From contig OX597831.1 of assembly GCA_951406725.2 (NCBI GenBank), forward strand, positions 72,788,001-72,852,000: a stretch of DNA of 64,000 bases, in the 5' to 3' direction. The position numbers and the translations under genes are program-made. The stretch comes from Octopus vulgaris (lineage: Eukaryota). Below the pieces are notes generated by a model. That model did not search any database and had not been told where the DNA came from. It was given only the letters and a program-made list of their open reading frames with translations. Below, piece by piece: positions 53,470 through 64,000 of the stretch (positions within the stretch are counted from its first letter, which is position 1; each line of letters starts with the position of its first letter).

Positions 53470-53884
53470 ACAAGTAGGTGTTCCTGCTATTATTGCAATG
53501 GTGGTGATGGTAACTTCCTGCTTTCAAGAGAAAGGGGTGAACATACGCACACATGCAAACATACACATATATATACAAACACACATACACACTCATACAC
53601 AAATATACACACATCCATATACATACAAACACTCGCCTATCCATACACATACACATGCAAACATTTACCCCCAAATCGGTTGAGAGATGTACAGAGAGAA
53701 TTGATGTGATGACAGCATTGTAATCATGAACATCGACAGACAGAGCAAACACCACCACCGCTGTCATCACCATCACATACTGCAAGAAGAAGAAGAAGTG
53801 GAAGGAATGAAACAATAATGGGCAAACAACAATCTTTTGGCCAAGCCCTTCGTCATGCTGACCCTTTGTCCAGGCCTGGCCCTT

Positions 53885-54202
53885 CGTCCGGTTAGGACAA
53901 TGAAGGTTTCCACTTGATCCAACCAACAGAACAGCCTGCTCATGAAATTAACATGCAAGTGGCTAAGTACTCCACAGACACGTGTACCCTTAAAGTATCC
54001 CCCAGGGAGATTCTGCGTGACACAGAATGTGACAAGGCTGACCCATTGAATTACAGGTACAATTCATTTTTGCCAGCTGAGTGAACTGGAGTTATATGAA
54101 ATAAATGTCTTGTTCAAGGTCACAACATGCTGCCAGGAACTGAACTCATGACCTTATGATTGTGAGCCGAACATCCTAACCGCCAAGCCACCTACTTTCA
54201 CT
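53885..54202 (-). mobile_element. tRNA-derived SINE family E
   Basis: Head TGGCTTGGCGGTTAGG...GAGTTCAGTTCC; middle shared with F, tail shared with D; internally deleted copy at 58370-58560(+). Confidence 0.8.
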
Positions 54203-54772
54203 ACAACAATTTTTTATGCAATGTTTAAAAGATGACTGAATAATTATGATTAACAACTATTTATGCAAATAAATCGCTGTGACTAAAGACAGAAGCCCAA
54301 AATATGGTTGTTGTGTATTCTAGCTCCAAGTTTCAACCAGCCAAAATCAATCAGCTTGTTATATTTTAATTAACTTCGTAAAGGCATCAAATTGCGAGTA
54401 ATTAGTGCAGCCTAAAATTGAAGTTGGTTCATGAAGAGTCAGTTGTAAAAGTTGTTTAGTGACTGAAGCCAAAGAGCAGACTGTCTCGTCTACAAAATAA
54501 GCAAATTTCATTTGGCAGATAAATTTTTAATTCCTGGAAATTATCTCCCCTTGATCTTTGACAGTTGCCAACGTTACTGCTAAGTCTTTGCTAAGATTTT
54601 TTTTTCTTTTGAATATGAGAAATTTTCAGTGTGGTAAGTAGCTTGCTTACCAACCACATGATTCCAGGTTCAATCCCACTGCGTGGCACCTTGGGCAAGT
54701 GTCTTCTACTATAGCCTCGGGCCGACCAAAGTCTTGTGAGTGGATTTGGTAGATGGAAACTGAAAGAAGCCC

Positions 54773-54817
<45 letters not shown>

Positions 54818-55174
54818 TTGTGTGTCTGTGTTTGTGCCCCCACCATCATTGACAACTGATGTTGGTGTGTTTACATCCCCAGCTGTTCAGCAAAGAGACC
54901 ACTAGAACAAGTTCTAGGCTTACAAAGAATAAGTTCTGGGGTTGATTTGTTCAACTTAAAGGCCATGTCAAATGACTGAAACAAATAAAAGAATAAAAGT
55001 ATATCAATCTTGAACTTTATTATCCCTTTCCAATGTCATTAATCCATTTGAGTTAATGCCCTTAGCTCATTTTAGCTTTCATTATACAGGTGAAACTAGT
55101 TAGACAAGCCAAAAATTATATTTGTCCTATATGTAAAATATCTATGCCAACCAATCAAGCAGTCTTGAGTAGGT

Positions 55175-55214
55175 GACAGCTGATGAGGTCCAACAGACTG
55201 AAACGTGTCCATAG
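55175..55214 (+). ncRNA. Hammerhead-like motif with canonical core
   Basis: CTGATGA-GGTCcaacaGACT-GAAA-CGTG-TC; stem I poorly formed; AATAAA ~65 nt downstream. Confidence 0.45.
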
Positions 55215-56076
55215 TTGTCTGTCTCCCTTGCCTGCTACAACCACTCAAACTTCCCTTTATTTTCCTAAGCATGTAAATAAAACTTAGAGAGATTAATTCT
55301 TAATCTCCTCAAATTATCTCCCTTCATCCTTGAAGTCGCTAACATTACCATTAGGTCTTGGTTTTTTTCTTTCTCCAATCAAGAGGAGAAATTTAAGCTT
55401 TTATCTCATTTTTTTTTCTTTTTCATAGAGCATTCAATACATCATACTTCATGTTTAATTTAATATGCACTTCTATTTGATATGTCAGACACAGCTGCCA
55501 TTTTTGATCCCACCCCCTTTTAACGACTCTAACCCTACACTTTTGAGATAGCAATGTGAATTGCTCACTTCTATTGTCTGCCATCCATCTAACTTTTTCC
55601 ATCATCATCATCATCATTATTATTATCGTTAGATTATTCCTCAGTGAAGCAAATGATGAAATTTAGTCTCAGATGTGAAACATTACCAAGTTCCAAAACA
55701 ACAAAATGAAACAAAAAAAACAAACCCATTTACTGAAAAGCTAATATCAACACGCCTGCTGTCCCGACTTTATTTCAAACAATAACAATAGAAGTCTGGC
55801 CATTTTATCGACAGAATGGCATCTCTTAACATTTCCCCTTAAGACAATTCAGAAATCTATCAGAGATATATAAAAAACAATACCATTTTCATTTGGGAAA
55901 TAAAAATCTATAAATAATTACCATTTTTTGAGGTTATCTTGTTTTTTTTTTTCTTTTTAGTTCTAAGTAAAGTTTTGTGAGTCGTGTTTTAATGTTAACA
56001 CTTTTACTACAATGTCTTGTATACTGCTAATTCTATGCAAGACTAATCCTTTTGTTAACCATTTAAAGGTTTAAAG

Positions 56077-56283
56077 CAGGGGTTGGCAAACCAGGGTAAA
56101 TTACCCCAAGTGGAGTAAAAATGAAATTCTTGTGGGCAATGAGGACTCATTAGACATAAGTAAGATTATATAAAAAATGTGTTCCTGTTATCTATGATTT
56201 TCTTCCATTTGAACCAAGGGGTTAACATTGATGTAAAGAAATATACTTCAGGAGAATTGGTTAAAAAAGTTCGCCGATCCTTG
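56077..56283. mobile_element. hAT-like MITE
   Basis: CAGGGGTTGGCAAAC / GTTCGCCGATCCTTG; TSD GTTTAAAG, right copy split by MITE G. Confidence 0.7.
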
Positions 56284-56289
56284 GTTTAA

Positions 56290-56733
56290 CCCATTCATTA
56301 CCAACCTGGCTGAAACTGGCTCTGGCTCTGAGTACAAATGTCTTGTTTTCATAAGTTCTGAATTAAAACCTTTCACCAAACTTTAGTCTCAATTTATGTT
56401 CCTAACACTAGGCTTAATGATAACTAAGTTATTTTACTAAATTCTTTGTTGTATTTAAAATCAATTGAAAGAGCATCCCAAAAGAAATATGGTACCAAAA
56501 GGGTCAAAGTCACCATGATATTCTTAACCCTTTTGATACCAACCTGGCTCTGTAGTACAAATGTTTTGTTTTCATAAGTTTTGAATTAAAATCTTCCACC
56601 ACACCTTAGTCACAATTTATGTTCCTAACACTAACTTAATGATAACCAAGTTTTTTCACTAAATTCTTTCTAATATTTAAAATTAATTGAGAGAAACACA
56701 GAGCATCTCAAAATAAATACAGTAACGAAAGGG
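56290..56733. mobile_element. Two adjacent TTAA MITE G copies (56290-56503, 56528-56733)
   Basis: Each colinear with 35644-35863 and bounded by TTAA/TCAA. Confidence 0.85.
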
Positions 56734-57394
56734 TTAAAGAAAGCTATTGGACAAGTAATGATCATTTCAAATTACAGGAGATCAGAAATTTTAGTGGGAG
56801 GGAGACAGCCCATTTACATTGACCCCAGTACTTGACTGGTACTATATTTTATCCATCTCAAAAGGATGAAAGACAAAGCTGACCTCAGCAGGATTTGAAC
56901 TCAGAATGAAAAGAGCTGGAAGAAATACTGATAGGCACTTTGTCCAACATGTTAATGATTCTACCAGCTCTTTGATGGGCTAATGGTATTAAATGAAGAT
57001 CTTAATGGTAAATAATATTAAATGAAAACCAATTTCAGTCAAAGATTTGAGAGAAACTATGCAATCATCATTGCTGGATTGGAAGGAGTGAAAAAAATAT
57101 ACCAAACAACAGGATGCTGATGACAACAATGGAAAGAAGATGAAGATGATGACAATAATGAAGATGAAGATGGTAAAGACAAAGATGAAAGCAACGACAA
57201 AGACAACCAAAATGAGGGCAAAGGAGACGAGAGCAACAGAGATGATGATGAAAATGATGATGATGCTAATGTTGGTAGTAGTGGTGGTGAAGGCGTTATG
57301 AAGGGGATGAGGATGGTGGTGAGGGTGGTGCTGATAACGGTAATTTCATTTATCAAGACATTTTATAAAATTACATTTACCAAACAGAAGCATA

Positions 57395-57440
<46 letters not shown>

Positions 57441-59606
57441 GGGAGCAAAAATCTTTTAAAAAAAAATTGTTAAAAAAGAAATCTAAAATGTGACTTAATT
57501 AAGATAAAAACTTATTATCCATTGTTAGTCATTAATAAAGTTCAAACATTGTTGAGATTAAGTTGAACAACAACCAATGTTAGCACCACATGTACGGGTT
57601 AATACCAAAAATACTTATTCTTAGATTACATAATTTGCTTAAAATAACCAACTTGTAACAGCAAACATCGTCACTGCAATCAGCTGGTTCCATTCGGAGG
57701 AGGAATTGTTACAATGGTGGTGGTGGTGGTGGTGGCAGTAATAGTAGTAGTGATGATAGTGGTGGATAGGGTGGTGGTGGTAGTTGTGGTAGTGCTGGTG
57801 GCGTTGGCGGCAGCAAGAGTCTACGAGACTGCTACTGTGTTCTTAATAAAATGACAGAATACCATCTTTTATAACCACCCCGACCCTCTGCACCCACCCT
57901 CCCAGAATGTTCTATACCGATTGAGAGTGGAATTGTTGTTGTTTTCATTTTATCTCAACTGCTATAATTATCTTCTTCTGTAAATAAAACAGGAATCTCC
58001 AGAAAATAAAGGAAACAATAAAAAGTCTACAAAGATTTGCTCTCAAGCCAAACGAAAACAAATGGGAATGAATTTATAAAACAAAAGAATCGTTATTTTG
58101 ATAAAATAAAATAATTTGTGCCTCACTCCCCCACCCCACCCCACCCCATATTCTTATCTCAAACCCCATCCCTACCTCATTCATCCCTTTTGTAATCAAC
58201 TTCATTCTTCAGAGTATCTCACCTGCCTCTGCTTCTTGCTGCTCCTGCAAAACTCCATGCTAAAAAGCCATCATGTAGTCCCTCAAGCGGTTAGAAATAG
58301 CAGCTAAATCCTTCTCAAAGCCCCCACTCTACTGTGCTGTGAAAGAAGAGATACATCGGATATCAAAAACGTATAGCTTAGTAGTTAAGGTAATTGACTC
58401 CCAATCGTAATGTCGTGAGTTCAATTCCTAGCAGTGTTTTGCGTCCTTGAGCAAGACACTTTATTTCATGTTGCTCAGTCCACTCAGCTGGCAAAAACTA
58501 CATTAAGGGTGCACGTGTCTGAGGAGTAATCAGCCACTTGCACGTTAATTTCACAAGCAAGATGGCTTTTTTAACATTGGATATCATCTTGGATGACCAA
58601 GGCTGGAACACCTTTGATCACAGATCTGGACAGGACTGACCTGAGACTAAACAATACACCCCATCTACAAAACAACAAATCCTCTTTATCAAAACTGTTC
58701 CATGCAAGCTACAACAATCTTACCAACACTTCCTTATTTTCTCTCTCTCATCATCATCATCATCATTTAACATCCACTTTCCATGCTGACATGGGTTGGA
58801 CAGTTTGCACCTGGCTCCAATCTGATCTGGCATGGTTTTTACAGCTGGATGCCCTTCCTAATGCCCACCACTCCAAGAGTGTAATGAGTGATTTTTACGT
58901 TCCACCGGCACAGGACCAGTCAGGTGGCACTGGCACCGACCACACTCGTATGGTGGTTTTTACGTTTCATCAAAATTAAAATTTTACAATTAACAATCAG
59001 TAAAAGCTTTTATTTACTAAAGATGACATTTTTTTCCCCTCAGAGAGGTGAAGGTGTGACAGTGTGGCTTTGACCCCAGTTGAGAATAATTTATAAGGGA
59101 GACAACCTCTCTGCTGTTGGTGCCACAAGAGAAGATGGGCCGAGGGCACTCTGTTAAGTAGTTGGTGCTAGTAAAGGTAGAAACCAAGCCAAATGATATG
59201 TATGAGCACTAGTCTATTTGAGGGGTGATTCCCAATAAGGAATCACTCCAACTGTGATAATCCATACAACCCATGCCAGCATGGAAAGCAGATGTAAAAT
59301 GATGATGATGATGTGTTCAAACTAAAACTTCATCACCATCAAGTTTTTTAATGAGATAACACTTTCAAGAACAGAACAGAGTTTATTCTTTAATTAGGGT
59401 CCTTCAAGTAATAAGTCTTAACTAAAACCATATCATAAGACTCCTTCAGGGCTTCATACAACCCTTGTATTTCAACGCCTTAACCAGACATCTACTTCCA
59501 TTGTCTCAGAGACACCAAAGTCTTGTGAGTGAAATTTGACCAACAATAATTGCCTGGAAGCCTAAGCTTCTGTCGTTGAAGATAATTCACTGGTCCTTGA
59601 AGTACC

Positions 59607-59740
59607 TTAGCAGAGTCCCTTATCTTACAAGCAAACACCACCAACCAATCTTTAGGTGTATTTAGCAGAGTCCCTTATCTTGCAACAAGCACCACCACCT
59701 GGACCCTGGGCGCCTTTAACAGAATCTCCTCTTTTGCAAA
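59607..59740. repeat. ~55-bp tandem duplication, 2.5 copies
   Basis: TTAGCAGAGTCCCTTATCTT twice plus a decayed third start. Confidence 0.8.
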
Positions 59741-60082
59741 TCTTCATGACAGAGGACAAAACTTCACTTAGATGATAAATTCTTCCCATCAGTGTCAGAG
59801 ACCCTAGAAAGGGTCATGGGTGTTGTCCTTCCTCCTCAGAAGAAGCAATTAAAAAAAAAAAAATCTACATCATCACTTAACTATTTAACCTCTACACATC
59901 ATACACACCATTAATCATTATTTTATCAATTAAACCTATTTAAATATCTTGTGTTGATGATGCAGAGTTTTACAGCCATGAATGACACTTTTCTCGACCT
60001 TAATTTCCGTCTCCCTTCTGTCGTCTCTGCAGGTCAGTGTTAGGTTTAACACTGAAAACATGTGACACTGTTAACTCCCTTC

Positions 60083-60547
60083 ATCAAATCTAAGTAGAGA
60101 CTTCAAACTTGAAATCTTCAAAGCCACAGTCGAACCAATTCTACTATATGGCTCAGAAACCTGGACGTTATCAAAGAAGCTTGAGAGGCGGTTGGATGGA
60201 ACCTACACTCGCCTCATTATGAGAACTCAAAATCTCTCGTGGAAGCGCCATCCAACCAAAATGCAAATATATGGGAAACTACCACCAGTGTCATCTCTTG
60301 TGAAAGGTAGGAGAGTCCAGTTTGCTGGACATTGTTGTACTGCTGAAAAAGAGGTAATTTCTACTCATCACCTCTGGAAGCCATCTACTCGCAATACCAG
60401 AGGGCACACACTCTCCTACCCTGATGTAATCTCCAGGGATATAGGCATCCAGCAACAGGACCTCCGTAATGCCATGATGGACCGTGAAGTCTGGCGTAGC
60501 ATGGTAAATTCGATTGTCTCGACCACGGTCAAACAATGATGATGATG
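60083..60547 (+). mobile_element. RTE/RTEX-clade LINE 3' fragment with (GAT)n tail
   Basis: FKATVEPILLYGSETWTL..LDGTYTRL..RRVQFAGHC..AMMDREVWRS, with an open frame to the stop at 60539. Confidence 0.88.
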
Positions 60548-61175
60548 GCTCCCTTATTTCAACAATGGCACTCCTCTTAAACAACAGCAAAAATTAATTT
60601 TGCTTCTTTGTAGAAGTCTAACACCAAACTACTTAAAATATCACGGAAAATGTCTGCAGCCACTGAAACAAATCACAATAAAACCACACACACACACTAT
60701 TTGGGGAATGTGTGTGTGTGTGTGAGAGAGAGACAGAGAGAGTAAAAGTCTTGTTCCCATTGCGGGAAGGGATGAATACTTTACTCGCATCATCTTCAAA
60801 TAAGAATTCTAAGAAGTAATTTAAACCAGAATAAAGTTATTTATAAACAAAGGCTATTTAAGGAGAAAATAACACCACAATAAGACAATAAAGTTTTATG
60901 TTATCAATGGGAAAATAAAAAAAGTAAATCAACCAAATAATGTGTTGTTTTTCAAAAAAAAAGAAAAAAAGGATTTAAAAAAAACTTATTTGATAAAAAG
61001 AAAATATAATGGTAACTAGAATTCCTTGATACATGATAATAATGTCTGTGGAAAAATGAAGCAGCTTTTGTTCTTAGTCTTCTTTCTACGTTTGACAGAA
61101 TATTTCTGCTTAAAAATGTCTTTTCCAAGATTTGTTTTTTTTTATTTTTTTAACATTCTTTAATGATATATACAA

Positions 61176-61224
61176 GTGAGCATGTGCGTGTGTGTGTGTG
61201 TGTATATGTGTGTGCGCGTCTGTC

Positions 61225-61259
<35 letters not shown>

Positions 61260-61545
61260 ACGTGTGTCTTTGTATGTGTGTGTGTATATATGTGTTTATG
61301 TGTGTGTGTATATATATGTGTGTGTGAGTATATATGTGTGTGTGAGTGTGTGTGTGTATATATATATATATGTGTGTGTGTATATTTTATATATATATAT
61401 GTGTGTGTGTGTGCATATGTGTGTGTATATGTGTGTGTGTATATATGTGTGTGTGTGTGTATATATGTGTGTGTGTGTAGATAGATAGATAAACATATAG
61501 ATAGATGGATAGATAAATAGACAGACAGACAGACAGACAGATAGA
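61176..61545. repeat. Compound (TG)/(TA)/(GATA)/(GACA) microsatellite
   Basis: Direct reading. Confidence 0.95.
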
Positions 61546-62136
61546 TATGAGTTTATGTTTTTTCATCCAGAGCAAACAGTAAAAGCTGTCTTTTACAAGA
61601 CAAACTTGAGTTAATTTTGCTTTCAAAATGAAGCTCAGTCATTCATCATATTGGTGGTGTTTGTCTTGTTAACTTACAAATGGTGTCTGGCTGAAGAAAT
61701 ATTTACTTTAATAACTCGCAATATATTTCTTTACCACATAATAACTTACAAATCTCACAATAACTGCTTTTTGTGATGATATATTTCCATGTCTGGTTCT
61801 TGTGTCTGTTGTTGTTGATTTTTGTTCTTTTTCCTTCTCCCTTCTCCCCCCCCCCTCCTCCACCTCCACCAATATTTTCTCTACATAAAAACCATGGAGC
61901 TCTTTAAAATAAATGAAAATCTTTCCTTATCCAATGAACACAATACCACCTTGTTATTAATATCGTTATCATCACAATTGCTATCTCCATGTCATCGTCG
62001 TCATCATCATCGCTGTCATCACCATTGTTATCACTTTATCATCGTTGTTATCATTGCCATCATCATCATCACCTTATCATCACACCAACCATCTCCTCCC
62101 TGATTCTACCTTCAGGGAGTTTATAAACAGCCTTAA

Positions 62137-62356
62137 CCCTTTAGTGTTCAAATTACTCTGTTAAATGTAATACTTTTTCACTCAAATTGTTTTGAATTAA
62201 CCATGCATTATCTTATGGCTTTGAGGTTTCAATGATGTGATTGTCTATTTTTAGAATGTCAATATAGGTTAGGTGTAAGAGGCTGGATATGGCCAGTTTG
62301 AATATAAAACATGTAGAATATCTGGGCCAGATATGGCCAGTTTAAACACTAAAGGG
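62137..62356. mobile_element. TTAA MITE family H, intact; a diverged G-like MITE follows (62361-~62585) sharing the TTAA
   Basis: TTAA-CCCTTTAGTGTT...AACACTAAAGGG-TTAA, perfect 12-bp TIR. Confidence 0.88.
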
Positions 62357-62679
62357 TTAAACCTTTTTGATACCAACCCCGCTGACACCACCCCTGGCTC
62401 TCATACAAATTTCCCATTTTAAAGTGATCTAAAGAAAAAACCTTCCAACATATTTCAAATTTATTTTTCCTGCAAACACCAGTTTCATTATGACAGAGTT
62501 ATTTTACTAAAATCTTCGTTATTTTCAGAACGAATCAAAACAAAGGCAATTTGTTGTTTTTTAAACAAAGAAGCAGTAATAAAACAGATAAAGTGCAGTT
62601 GAGGTTTAATGAGCTGTAAAAAAAGAAGCATTTGTATATTAGATAACCTAATTAGCCACAGAGGTGAATGCCCTGAAAG

Positions 62680-63183
62680 TATGATAGCTAAAGTAAGAAC
62701 TGGGTGGAGAAAAGCTCACGGTGCTATTGTTGCTTCTGTTGACAGCCAGAGAATTCTGTGTCTGAGTGAAAGGCAGATTCTATGAAGTGTAAAAACTGGA
62801 GAGATTGAAAGAAACAGGCTCAGCTGGAAGAGTAAGGTTTGTGTGTTTGAGTGACATAGAATGGATGAGGTGAGAAAAAGACTGGGTATAAGAGGAATCC
62901 GATGTAGCATGGAGGAGAGAAGATGGAGTTGATAGGTGTAGAGATACGATGTGTAAAGAGGATGGTGGTTGGGTGAAGAAATGCCAAGAGATTGATTGAG
63001 AAAGATCAAGTGCAAGAGGGTGACCAAGGAAGACATGGGGAGAAGAGTCGAGGTAAAAGATGATCTCAGGGAAGCTGAATGTCACAAAAAAGATGACCAC
63101 AACAAATGGTGAGGTGCTGTGCTAGAGGAGATCTGTTCAACCCATGCAAATATGGAGAAGTAAATGTAAAATGATGATGATGA
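62680..63183 (+). mobile_element. Decayed RTE-clade LINE 3' end
   Basis: LGIRGIRCSMEERRW and RG.PRKTW remnants; ends CAACCCATGCAAATATGG...(GAT)n. Confidence 0.7.
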
Positions 63184-63339
63184 GTCTTTCTACAATAGAC
63201 ACAAGGTCTGAAATTTGAAAGGGGAAATGAACCTCAGCGGAATTTGAACACAGAACGTAAAGCCTGAGGAAATGCAGCAAAGCATGAAATGCTAATAATT
63301 CATTCTACCATTTCACCATTTTAATGGAGGTAAATGCAT

Positions 63340-63560
63340 ATGATGATGATGATGATGATGATGATGACAACAAAGCTGACAATGACACCAACAGAGACGT
63401 TACAACAATGACACTGATGATGATGATGACGATGCTGAAGATGGCAACGATGAAGACGACAACAATGATGATGACAACAATGATGATGATGACAATGATG
63501 ATGATGACAATGATGACGATGATGATGATGATGACAATGATGATGATGACAATGATGATG
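63340..63560. repeat. Degenerate (GAT)/(GAC)/(AAT) trinucleotide tract
   Basis: Direct reading. Confidence 0.9.
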
Positions 63561-63869
63561 AGATATTTCTTTACATTAATTACCCCAGTTACCACTCATC
63601 CAGTACACCTTCCACCACTGCTAATTAAGTCACCAAATTAACGAAAGCTATCAACTACTTATTACAGGAATTTTCAAACATTTCAAGGAATTTATCTCAC
63701 AACTATTCTTACTTCTAATTACTCTTGTGCATATAAAGTCTAACTTCTGATCCCATTGCAACACTTGTGCACCCATAACCTACACGGGGTACCCAACATG
63801 AGATTCCTACCAACTCCTTTCCTGAATACCAAGCAAGGCCTTTTCCTAAACGGTAAAGAGAGTCTTATA

Positions 63870-64000
63870 AGGCAGCAAGCTGGGAGAATTGTTAGCACAC
63901 CAGGAGAAATGCTTAGCAGCATTTTGTCTGTCTTTACGTTCTGAGTTCAAATTCCTCTGAGGTTGACTTCTCCTTTCATCCTTTTGAGGTCAATAAATTA
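63870..64000 (+). mobile_element. SINE family B, cut by the window end
   Basis: Head and GAGTTCAAATTC...CCTTTCATCCTTTTGAGGTCAATAAATTA. Confidence 0.85.

Overview
AT-rich, repeat-saturated eukaryotic DNA that is intronic or intergenic. I recognise no host protein-coding exon. The repeat complement (tRNA-headed SINEs with internal (TA)n/(TG)n, very dense microsatellites, RTE, CR1, Tx1 and R4-like LINE fragments) strongly suggests an Octopus or other coleoid cephalopod genome; this is inference. Almost all ORF-track entries are microsatellite or SINE artefacts. The window holds at least six SINE-like families (labelled A-F here; representative copies are listed and many more degenerate copies exist), several LINE 3' fragments, and non-autonomous DNA transposons with readable termini or TSDs (hAT, TTAA/piggyBac-like, Tc1/mariner-like, Merlin-like, Helitron). 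The most notable signal is a set of short Penelope-pLTR-like units, mostly embedded in (TA)n. Each carries a minimal type-I hammerhead-ribozyme-like motif with a palindromic stem III (10679-10723 and its mirror 10557-10601, 45212-45249, 45379-45411, 55175-55214). At two loci the core reads, or reconstructs to, the non-canonical CCGANGA. One pair forms a near-perfect ~430-bp palindrome inside a SINE's internal microsatellite. Coordinates were read by eye; boundaries of degenerate repeats are approximate.
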